This document shows, in pieces, positions 13,051 to 24,208 of a DNA stretch of 64,000 bases; positions within the stretch are counted from its first letter, which is position 1; the number at the start of each line of letters is the position of its first letter. A program made the translations under genes and the position numbers. Under the pieces are notes generated by a model. The model was not told where the DNA came from. It worked only from the letters and a program-made list of their open reading frames with translations, and searched no databases. This DNA is from Squalus acanthias (Eukaryota): assembly GCA_030390025.1 (NCBI GenBank), contig CM059432.1:97590001-97654000 (forward strand), read 5' to 3'.

Positions 13051-15864
13051 ACAATTCTGTCTACATTATCATTCTGTCTTTGTTAGGAATACAAGTCTTC
13101 TTCTTCTTAGGCAGTCCCTCAGAACCGAGGATGACTTGCTTCCACACTAAAAATGGGTTCTCTGGTGACTGATGAGTCCAATGCGGGACCTACAGTATCT
13201 GTCACAGGTGGGGCAGATGGTGGTTGAAGGCGCGGGTGGGTGGGGTGCTTGGGTTGACGTGCGCTCCTTCCGCTGTTTGCGCTTGGTTTCCGCTTGCTCC
13301 CGGCGAAGAGACTCGAGGTGTTCGGCGCATTGCTGGTTAAAGAGGGAATTAACACAATTGTAAGGAAGGATATTAGCTCTGATGATGTGGAATCTGTATG
13401 GGTAGAACTGAGAAATACCAAGGGGCAGAAAACGCTAGTGGGAGTGGTGTATAGACTCCCAAACAGTAATACGGAGGTTGGGGATGGAATTAAAAGGGAA
13501 ATTAGAGAAGCGTGCAATAAGAGCACAGCAGTTATCATGGGTGACTTTAATCTACATATAGATTGGGCTAACCAAATTAGTAACAATACTGTGGAGGAGG
13601 AATTGCTGGAGTGTATACGGGATGGTTTCCTGGACCAATATGTCAAGGAACCAACTAGAGATCAGGCCATCTTAGACTGGGTATTATATAATGAGAAAGG
13701 ATTAATTAGCAATCTTGTTATGCGAGGCCCCTTGGGTCAGAGCAATCATAATATGATAGAATTCTTCATTAAGATGGAGAGTGAAGTAATTGACTCAGAG
13801 ACTAGGGTCCTGAATTTAAATAAAGGAAACTACGATGGTATGAGGTGCGAGTTGGGTAGGATTGATTGGGGAATGTCACTCAAAGGGTTGATGGTGGATA
13901 GGCAATGGCAAACATTCAAAGATCGCATGAATGAACTACAGATTTTGTTCATCCCAGTTTGGCATAAAAATAAAACAAAAAAGGTGACTCAGCCGTGGCT
14001 AACAAAGGAAATTAGGGATAGCATAAGATCCAAGGAGAGGACATATAAATTGGCCAGAAAAAGTAGAAAACCTGAGGATTGGGAGCAGTATAGGATTCAG
14101 CAAAGAACGACAAAGGGATTAATTAAAAGGGGGAAAATAGAGTATGAGAGTAAGCTTTCAGGGAACATAAAAACTGACTGTAAAAGCTTTTATAGATATG
14201 TGAAGAGAAAATGATTGGTGAAGTCAAGCATAGGTCCCTTGTAGTCAGAATCAGGGGAATTTATAATGGGGAACAAAGAAATGGCAGACCAATTAAATAC
14301 ATACTTTGGTTCTGTCTTCACAAAGGAGGACACAAATAACCTCCCAGAGATGTCGGGGAATATAGGGTCTAATGAGAGGGAGGAACTGAAAGAAATCAGT
14401 ATTTGTAGGGAAATAGTGTTAGGGAAATTGACGGGATTGAAGGCCGATAAATCCCTAGGGCCTGATAATCTACATCCTAGGGTACTTAAGGAAGTGGCCC
14501 TAGAAATAGTAGATGCATTGCTGGTCATCTTCCAAAATTCTATAGACTCTGGAACAGTACCCATGGATTGGAGGGTAGCTAATGTTACCCCACTATTCAA
14601 AAAAGGTGGTAGAGAGAAAACGGGGAATTATAGACCGGTAAGCCTGACATCGATAGTGGGGAAAATGCTGGAGTCCATTATAAAAGATGTAATAGCAGAG
14701 CACTTGGAAAACAGTGACAGGATCGGACAAAGTCAACATGGATTTACAAAAGGTAAATCATGCTTGACTAATCTACTGGAATTTTTTGAGGATGTAACTG
14801 GTAAAATAGATAAGGGAGAAGCAGTGGATGTGGTGTATTTGGACTTTCAGAAGGCTTTCGATAAGGTCCCGCATAAGAGATTAGCGTGTAAAGTTAAGGC
14901 ACATGGGATTGGGGGCAAGGTATTGACTTGGATAGAGAACTGGTTGTCCACAGAAAGCAAAGAGTTGGAATAAATGGGTCTTTTTCCGAGTGGCAGGCAG
15001 TGACTAGTGGGGTACCACAGGGATCGGTCCTAGGACCCCAGCTATTCACAATATATATTAATGATCTAGACGAGGGAATTGGATGTAATATCTCCAAGTT
15101 TGCAGATGACACAAAGCTGGGTGGCAGTGTGCGCCGTGAGAAGGATGCCGAGAAACTCCAGTATTATTTGGACAGGTTGGGTGATTGGGCAGAAGCATGG
15201 CAGATGCAATATAATGTGGATAAATGCGAGGTTATCCACTTTGGTGGCAAAAACAGGAAGGCAGATTATTATCTGAATGGCAATAGATTGGGAGAAGGGG
15301 AAGTGCAGCGAGACCTGGGTGTCCTTGTGCACCAGTCGCTGAAGGTAAGCATGCAGGTGCAGCAGGCGGTTAAGAAGGCAAATGGTATGTTGACCTTCGT
15401 AGCGAAAGGGTTCGAGTACAGGAACAAGGATGTCTTGCTGCAGGGCCTTGGTGAGACCACATCTTGAGTATTGTGTGCAGTTTTGGTCGTCTTATCTGAG
15501 GAAGGATGTTCTTGCCATGGAGGGAGTGCAGCGAAGATTCACCAGGCTGATACCTGGGATGGCAGGAATGACGTATGAGGAGAGATTGGGTCGATTGGGC
15601 TTATACTAGCTGGAGTTTAGAAGAATGAGAGGGGATCTCATTGAAACTTATACAATTCTAATAGGACTAGACAGACTAGATGCAGGAAGGATGTTCCCGA
15701 TGGCCGGGGAGTCCAGAACCAGGGGTCACAGTCTAAGGATAAGGGGTAAGCCATTTAGGACTGAGATGAGGAGGAATTTCTTCACCCAGAGAGTGGTGAA
15801 CTTCTGGAATTCTCTACCACAGAAGGCAGTAGAGGCCAATTCATTAAATATATTCAAGAAGGAG

Positions 15865-16161
15865 AAGTCGCACAACACCAGGTTATAGTCCAACAGATTT
15901 ATTTAAAATTACAAGCTTTCGGAGCTATCGATCGCCCCTTCTTCAGGTAAAGTTACTATGAGTGAATCTACAAAAATTCACAGAATATAAACACAGAAAA
16001 AATGCAGAGATACAATCTTTCCTTACATCAAAGACACACCAAGAGCACAGCCAAGACAATGAGATGTGTCCCAGGGGGTCCAACGTGTCAAATCCTGCTG
16101 TCTGCATATCCTCTCCATTTGGGTTTGTTTTTTGTGTTTGTTTTTTGTGTTTCTCCGCATC
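15865..16161 (-). mobile_element. 297-bp non-coding insertion carrying a hammerhead motif
   Basis: Flanked by the 15-bp duplication ATATTCAAGAAGGAG (15850-15864 / 16162-16176) of CR1 sequence. The left part matches 27335-27415. Confidence 0.85.
15909..15950 (-). ncRNA. Minimal type I hammerhead ribozyme motif (family B)
   Basis: Minus strand: ttac CTGAAGA a ggggc gatcgata gctcc GAAA gc t t gtaa. Confidence 0.7.
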
Positions 16162-18192
16162 ATATTCAAGAAGGAGTTATATATATTTCTTAAAGCTAAA
16201 GGGATCAAGGGATATGGAGAGAAGGCAGGGACAGGGTACTGAATTTGGATGATCAGCCATGATCTCATTGAATGGCGGAGCAGGCTCGAGGGGCTGAATG
16301 GCCTGCTCCTGCTCCTATCTTCTATGTTTCTATGTTTCTATGTTTCCCGAATGCTTCTCCTCCACTTTGTGTAGTCTTGGGCCGGGGATTCCCAGGTGTC
16401 GGTGGGGATGTTGCACTTTTTCACGGAGGCTTTAAGGGTGTCCTTGAAGCGTTTCCTCTGCCCACCTGGGGCTGTCTTGCTGTGTCGGAGCTCCGAGTAG
16501 AGCGTTTGTTTTGGGAGTCTTGTATCGGGCATGCGGACAATGTGGCCCATCCATCGGAGCTGATCGAGCGTGGTCAAAGCTTCGATGCTTGGGATGTTGG
16601 CCTGAGCGAGAATACTGACGTTGGTGCACCTATCCTGCCAATGGATTTGCAGGATCTTGCGGAGGCAGCGTTGGTGGTACCTCTCCAGTGCTTTGAAGTG
16701 CCTGCTGTACATGGTCCATGTCTCTGAAGCATACAGGAGGGCGGGTATTACTACTGCTCTGTAGACCATGAGCTTGGTGCTGGGTTTGAGGTCCTGGTCT
16801 TCAAACACTCTCTTCCTCAGGCGACCGAAGGCTGCACTGGCACACTGAAGGTGGTGTTGGACTTCGTCATCGACGCCTGCCCTTGTTGACAGTAGGCTCC
16901 CGAGGTATGGAAAGTGGTTCACGTTGTCCAAGGCCTCGTCATGGATTTTGATAATCGGGGAGCAGTACTCTTTGGTGGGGGCAGGTTGGTAGAGGACTTT
17001 TGTCTTACAGATGTTTAGTGTAAGTAAGGCCCATGCTCTCGTACGCTTCGGTGAAGGTGTTGACGATGGTTTGGAGTTCGACCTCAGAGTGTGCTCAGAT
17101 GCAAGCGTCGTCTGCATACTGTAGCGCAGTCAAGACCACCTACGGCCCAAGCACCCAAGGTCCTACCCCACTGTGGGCTAAGGTAATCATCAAGGACAGA
17201 GAGGCAGTCAGTGCCCGCTGGAAGGAACACTTTGAAGACCTCCTTAACCGAGACTGTTTTCGACGTGAGTGTCCTCAACTCCATCCCTCAGCATGCTACC
17301 CGCCACCACCTCAGCACAACCCCAGCCCAGCATGAGGTTGAAAAGGCCATCCGACAACTGAAGAACAACAAGGCCTCAGGAGCAGATGGAATCCCCGCCG
17401 AGGCACTAAAACATGGCGGAGAAGCACTATTGGCGTGAATACATGAACTCATTTTTCTTATTTGGAAGGAGGAGAGCATGCCAGGGGATCTCAGAAAAGC
17501 CATAATCGTGACCATCTTCAAGAAAGGTGACAAGTCCGATTGCGGTAATTACAGAGGAGTCTCCCTGCTGTCTGCCACAGGGAAAGTCATCGCAAGAATC
17601 CTCCTCAATCGCCTTCTCCCAGTGGCTGAAGAGCTCCTTCCAGTGTCGCAATGTGGATTCCGCCCACTAAGGGGCACAATGGACATGATCTTCACCACGC
17701 GTCAACTCCAAGAGAAATGCAGGGAACAGCACCAACCGCTGTACATGGCCTTCTTTGACCTCCCAAAGGCCATCGACACTGTCAACTGTGAGGGATTATG
17801 GAGTGCCCTCCTCAAATTCGGCTGCCCTCAAAAGTTTTTCACCATCCTCCGCCTGCTTCATGATGACATGCAAGCTGTGATCCTGACCAACAGATCCACC
17901 ACAGACCCAATTCACGCATGGATCGGGGTCAAGCAAGGCTGTGTCATCGCACCAACGCTCTTCTTGATCTTCCTAGCTGCAATGCTCCATCTCACCATCC
18001 GTAAGCTCTCCGCTGGAGTGGAGCTAATCTACAGAACAAATGGGAAACTGTTCAACCTCCGTCGCTGCCAGTCCAGATCCAAGGTCGTCCCATCCTTTTT
18101 CATCGAATTACATTAGGAATACAAGTAATGTAAAAACAAATTGATATTCTTACGGAGCATTGAGAGAGAATGAGGAAGAAAGGGCAAGAGAG

Positions 18193-18895
18193 ATGTCCTT
18201 TAGGGAAGGAAATCTGCCGCACATACCTAGTCTGGCCTAAATGTGACTTCAGACCCACAGCAATCTGGTTGACTCTTAACTGCCCTCTGAAATGGCTTAG
18301 CAAGCCACTCAGTTGTAACAAACCGCTACAAAAAACAATAATAAGAATAAAACCGGACCTGGCATCGACCTCGGCACCAGCTTCGGACACGACAACAGCA
18401 CACCCAGCCCAGTCGACCCTGCAAAGTCCTCCTCTGGGGACTTGTGCCAAAAATGGGAGAGCTGTTCCACAGACTAGTCAAGCAACAGCCTGACATAATC
18501 ATACTCAGAGAATCATCCCTTTCAGCCAATGTCCCAGACACCTCCATCACCATCATATGTCCTGTCCCAACGGTAGGACAGACCTACCAGAGATGGTGGC
18601 ACAGTGGTATACAGTCGGGAGGGAGTGGCCCTGGGAGTCCTCAACAGTGACTCCGGACCCCATGAAGTCTCATGGCACCAGGTCAAACATGGGCAAGAAA
18701 ACCTTCTGCTGATTACCTCCTACCGCCCTCCCTCAGCTGATGAATCAGTACTTCTCCATGTTGAACACCACTTGGAAGAAGCACTGAGGGTAGCAAGGAC
18801 ACAGAATGTACTCTGGGTGGGGGACTTCAATGTCCATCACCAAGAGTGGCTCGGTAGCACTACTACTGACCAAGTTGGCCGAGTCCTGAAGAACA
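18193..18895 (+). mobile_element. 5' part of the APE-RT LINE family (SINE-like leader + APE)
   Basis: ORFs 18444-18650 and 18604-18924 (QPDIIILRES, YRPPS, VGDFNVHH). Leader matches the reverse complement of 20410-20545. Confidence 0.85.
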
Positions 18896-18919
18896 AGGTC
18901 AAAGCGGGTTTGGGAGGGG

Positions 18920-20745
18920 TTTGAAGAAGCATTGGTGAGTTGCTGCAGTCCCTCTTGTAGATGGTACACACTGCAGCCACGGTGCGCTGATGGTGGAAGG
19001 AGTGAATGTTTAACGTGGTGGATGGGGTACCAATCAAGCGGGCTGCTTTGTCCTGGATGGTGTCGAGCTTCTTGAATGTTGTTGCAGCTGCACTCATCCA
19101 GGCAAGTGGAGAATATTCCATCACACTCCTGACTTGTGCCTTTTGATGGTGGAAAGGTTTTGGGGAGTCAGGAGGTGAGACACTCGCCACAGAATATCCA
19201 GCCTCTGACATGCTTTTGTGGCCACATTATTCATGGGGCTGGTCCAGTTAAGTTGAGTATTTAATTGTCCACCACCATTCATGACTGGATGTGGCAGGAC
19301 TGCAGAGCTTTGATCTGATCCGTTGATTGTGGGATAGCTTAGCTCTATCTATAGCATGCTGCTTCTGCTGTTTAGCATGCATGTAGTCCTGTGTTGCAGC
19401 TTCCCCAGGTTGGCACCTCATTTTTAGGTACACCTGGTGCTGCTCCTGGCACGCTCTTCTGCACTCCTCATTGAACCAGGGTTGGTCCCCTGGCTTGATG
19501 GTATGGTAGACTGAGGGATATGCCGGCCATGAGGTTACAGATTGTGGTGGAATACAATTCTGCTGCTGCTGATGTCCCACTGCGCCTCTTGGATGCCCAG
19601 TTTTAAGCTGTTGTTCTGAATCTATCCCATTTAGCACGGTGGTAGTGCCACACAACAAAATGGAGGGTGTCCTCAGTGTGAAGATGGGACTTCATTTCCA
19701 CAAGGACTGTGCAGTGGTCACTGCTACCAATGCTGTCATGGACAAGTGCATCGGCGACAGGTAGATTGGTGAGGACGAGTCCAAGTCGGTTTTTCCCTCG
19801 TGATGATTTTCTCACCACCTGCCGCAGGCCCAGTCCAGCAGCTATGTCCTTCATGACCCAGCCAGCTCGGTCAGTAGTGGTGCTACCGAGCCACTTTTGG
19901 TGACGGACATTGAAGTCCCCCACCCAGAGTACATTCTGTGCCCTTGCTACCCTCTGTGCTTCTTCCAAGTGGTATTCAACATGGAGGAGTACTGATTCAG
20001 CTGAGGGAGGGCAGTAGGTGGTATTCAGCAGGAGGTTTCCTTGCCCGTGCTTGACCTGAAGCCATGAGACTTCATGAGGTTCAGAGTCAATGTTGAGGAC
20101 CCCCAGGGCCACTCCTTCCCGACTGTATACCACTGTGCTGCAACCTCTGCTGGGTCTGTCCTGCGGGTGGGACAGGACATACCCAGGGATGATGATGGAG
20201 GAGTCTGGGACATTGACTGAAAAGTTAGATTCTGTGGGTATGACGATGTCAGGCTGTTGCTTGACTAGTCTGTGGAACAGCTTCCCCAATTTTGGCACTC
20301 GTCCCCAGATGTTCGTGAGGAGGATCTTGGCAGGGTTGACTGGGCTGGGTGTGCCATTGTCGTGTCCGAAGCTGATCCAGTTTTATTCTTATTATTGTTA
20401 TTGTTATTCGTAACGGTTTGTTACAACTGAGTGGCTTGCTAGGCCATTTCAAAGGGCAATTAAGAGTCAACCACATTGCTGTGGGTCTGGAGTCACATAT
20501 AGGCCAGACCGGGTAAGGACGGCAGATTTCCTTCCCTAAAGGACATTAGTGAACCAGATGGGTTTTTATGACAATCCAGTATTTTCATGGTCACCATTAC
20601 TGATACTAGCTTTTTATTCCAGATTTATTTAATTAACTGAAGTTAATTTCCCCAGGTGCCGTGGTGGGATTTGAACTCACATTTCTAGATCATTAGTCCA
20701 GGCCTCGGGATTACTAGTCGAGTAACATAACTACTATGCTACTGT
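18920..20745 (-). mobile_element. APE-RT LINE with internal deletion and a tRNA-derived 5' head
   Basis: ORF 19603-20298 (APE), ORF 19248-19658, ORF 18837-19211 (C-terminus KAQVRSVMEYSPLAW). A/B-box-like head at 20655-20745. Confidence 0.85.
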
Positions 20746-22064
20746 TTCTGTTTCCTAAATGAAATATTAGTAAGGTGGACTTTAGCTTATTTAAATTGAG
20801 TCCAATGCTTGTTGGATCCAAGAAGCGTGCTGTAAATGGAATTGTTGTTTTGTATCAGTAATGTCTGTGCCACTTTGTTCCTAGAAGCATGATAATGCAG
20901 TCACCTCAAAATTCCTATTTGAAGCAACACTATTATTAAAAGTTTCCTCCCATTCTGAGCCTGCTGTTGTATCTTACAGATTTTGTTTTGCTGCAATATA
21001 ATTGATTAGAAATTTCTCTGGTAGCCTGTGATTGGGAGGAAATTAAAATTGGGCAGAAAAATTTTGCGCAATATGATTGCTGACAAACAAAAGTAGAAAA
21101 TAACCAAAGTAACCAATTAGAAAGGAGAAAACTCAGGCATGAGCCTCATGAATATATGTAAATCATGGTCCTATGTTGTACACAGCACCCTGGAGCTATT
21201 TTAATGGCCTACTGGACAGAGAGTCTGCCACAGACCTACGCTCAATAATACGTGGCAGGCAGAGGCCTTTATGGGCAAATGTAACAATTACATTTGTGTG
21301 GCCAGGAGGAGCATCTCAGCAGAACCATCAAATAAACTGAGACCTAAAGTGTCATCAGAAGACCCCTAGTCAAGATACCCAATAGAATTGAGTTTGATTC
21401 AGCCAAAGAAAGAACATAATTCTCTTTGACTAGGCTACCTTCCAGATACAGTCAACTCAGTCAAAGCACTGAGGGAATTCCAACTGTGCCAAAGGATTAG
21501 GATACATTTCATAGCTACATACAAGAGGAGATCAATAAGATGACCAAGATTAGAATCAAAAGAAATGTAATTAACAACACCAAGATTCAATAAAGAAGCC
21601 TGAGTCAACTGTAAGGTTCAACTTGGTCTATGCTAAAATCATAGCCCAGAAATCTTGGGTTGTAAAACGGATATAAAATGTGGAAGAGGTTAACAAACAT
21701 TTTTTGCCCCTTCAACATTGTGCTGAAAGCTCTGAATGCTACTGGTAGAATTGAGTTGGTGTACTTTTAAGTGCAACATGGAAGTTTAATTAGGCCCTTT
21801 GGCATTCAATTGCAAAACAAGATCTTAGGTGGTGCCAATAAGATATCTTACCGCTCCTCCTTTATAATTTCAGTAGTCAACTTGGGCACGACTCATGCAA
21901 ACAAATGAACTTTCCATAACCATAGAAGGTAAGTAGCCATGTAACTGAGACAAAAGGTTACTGATGTCAGGAGGGAAATTCATTTATCCAATGCTATATA
22001 TTCCAGTAACATTTGACCAGTGAAACCACTTGCCAAGAGGTCCTTAGAGAGGCAGCAGGCAAGA

Positions 22065-22580
22065 AAGAAAGAATTAACATTTTTACATTCTCAGAACATC
22101 CAAATCACTTCAGGACCAATGAATTAATTTTGAGAGGTAATCAATTACTTTGCTAATTAGGCAAATGCAGCAACAAACCTTCACACAGCAAGGGCCCACA
22201 AAAAACAAAGCAAAGCAAAATGTGGTGAATGTTGGGGACCTGAAAAAAACAGAAAATGCTGAAAAAACTCAGCAGGCCAGGCAGCATCTGTAGAAGAAGG
22301 AACTGACCTGCTGCCTGACCTGCTGAGAGTTTCCCACAAGCAGCAATTGAACAAATGACCTGTTAATCTGTTTTAGAGGTGTTGTTGAGGAAACAATTTT
22401 GGCCAGGGCACCAGGAGTACACCTGCTCTTCATTGAATAGTACCATGGGATCTTTTATGTCTATCTGCTCAGGCAGATGGGGCTTCAGTTAAGTATCTCA
22501 TCTCTGACAATGCAGTACTCCCTCAGTGTTAGCCGAGATTATGTACTCAAGGCTAGCTTGAACTCACTACCTCCTGACAC
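22065..22580 (-). mobile_element. Degenerate SacSINE1-like DeuSINE interrupted by a Penelope terminal fragment (~22205-22335)
   Basis: Similarity to 58780-59242 and to 23794-23850. Confidence 0.6.
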
Positions 22581-23858
22581 AGAAATTGAGATATGTTGGA
22601 TTTGAATATACTGGAACAAATCCCTCCAATACATGGGACTAACATGCACTGTAAAAAATGGATCTAGCATGCACTTCACATGCTCCGCCCATTTATGCAT
22701 GAAAATTGCAATCAGAGTCCTACAATCATCTACTCCCTTCCTGATAGTCATTGGTATTTTTTGGGAAATTCTCTTCATTCCTACTGTTAGAATCTATGGG
22801 GTTGAATCTCTATGAGGGTTCTCCCAATTGTCCACTTTGGGAGAAGATCCGTGGAAGCCGTGCAAGAAATGTGAAAAACGCCATTTATGCTGTTTCTCCA
22901 GAGTTTCCGCGAATCTTCCACTAAAGTTACACTGGACAATCGGATGAACTTGCATGGAAATTTGTTATGTAAGGGATCTGAAGTTGCACTGTGGAGCACT
23001 ACTGTAGGGATGCTTAATGTGTTTGTCGAAAATTCCAGAGATATTAATCCATTTTTTTAACTCTTCTGCTAATATAGGAAGAGGTTAGCAGAAGTTTTTT
23101 TTTATCTAGACTGAAATACAGAGTTTTTTTTACAGGATATAAAATGCTCTACCAGAAACAGCAATGGAAGCAAAATTACTAACAGCTTTTAAAAAGGAAT
23201 TAGACAAATATTGGAAAAGAAAAGGGAGGAGACTAGAACTAAATGAGAGCTGATACAGATGGAATGGGCCTAATGGCTTCCTTCTGTGCTGTACTGTTCT
23301 ATGATTGTATGTTTAAGGTATCCTATGTTGCAATCACAGTGCCAGAGAAAGAATTTTTTAAAAGCCTGACAGCCAATCAAGTCCTTTTTTTCTGTAGACC
23401 ATGTGCAATCAGCCGAATTGCAAATGCCACCAAATCTATTTAATCTACGTAGCAAAAGTTCCGTGTAAATACCTTCCAAGGGTAATCGTTCAAAAGCATT
23501 TTTTCCTTTCAGTTTGGAAGATTTCAATATCGGAATCAAAAATTAACAAACCAACATCTGCTGTCTGGCAACATTTTACAGTTGAATCAGATTATGAAAT
23601 TAGTTTACAAACATTGAGAGTCTGCAGTTAACAAAGGATAAAAGGCAATAAACCTGGAAACAATAGTGCTAACAGCATGGGATAAAACAAAATATTAGAA
23701 AAACCCAGCGGGGTAGAAATTGGACCTTATTATGACCATTTTACACCCAAAAGACGCCTGAAAGACATCCGACCCGATGTTGTAGTTAACGAGAAATAAC
23801 AACAGAAAACGCTGGAAAAACTCAGCAGGCCAGGCAGCATCCGTGGAGAGAGAAACAG

Positions 23859-23895
23859 AGTTAACGTTTCAGGTCGAAGACCTTTCGTCAGAACT
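23859..23895 (-). ncRNA. Minimal type I hammerhead ribozyme motif (family A) in the Penelope 3' pseudo-LTR
   Basis: Minus strand: agtt CTGACGA a aggtc ttc gacct GAAA cg t t aact. Confidence 0.75.
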
Positions 23896-24208
23896 GGAAA
23901 AAAGCAGGAAATGGAATAGATTTTAAAGCAAGTTTAGGGGCTGGGAAAAGGGGGAGGGGATGAAAGAACAAAAGGGAAGGTCAGTGATAGGATAGCAAGC
24001 AGGAGAGATCAAGAGACATGGAGAGACATTAAGAGATATTCAAGGCAAGAGGAGGTGGTAATGGGACAGGTTAAGGAACAAAGGATGGCTCTAGATGAAG
24101 TGTGAATTGTGCTGGCAGAATGAAGGACAGCTGCTGTGTGGGAGGGAAGAAAAAAAGGCCAAACAAAAGTGTGGATAAAAAAATATATATATGTGATAGG
24201 GACCGAGG

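Larger units (their letters stand above)
13329..16343 (+). mobile_element. CR1 LINE, 5'-truncated, ORF2 (APE+RT) with stops and frameshifts
   Basis: ORFs 13294-14214, 14266-14973, 14928-15467, 15625-15888 ([30 protein letters not shown]). Tail (TTCTATGT)n. Confidence 0.95.
13097..18112 (-). mobile_element. RTE-clade LINE, 5'-truncated with an inverted 5' segment, interrupted by a CR1
   Basis: (GAA)n tail at 13097. RT C-terminal half on minus (16345-17125, LQYADD..YLGS..YASETW). RT N-terminal half on plus (17126-18105). 14-bp TSD TTAGGAATACAAGT at 13083-13096 and 18113-18126. Confidence 0.92.

Noticed and set aside
13165..13200. CTGATGA GTCC..GGAC resembling a hammerhead
   Set aside because: No GAAA follows stem II, and it is antisense RTE coding sequence.
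21174..21640. Possible solo LTR (TG start, AATAAA near the end)
   Set aside because: No TSD, second copy, PBS or PPT is visible.
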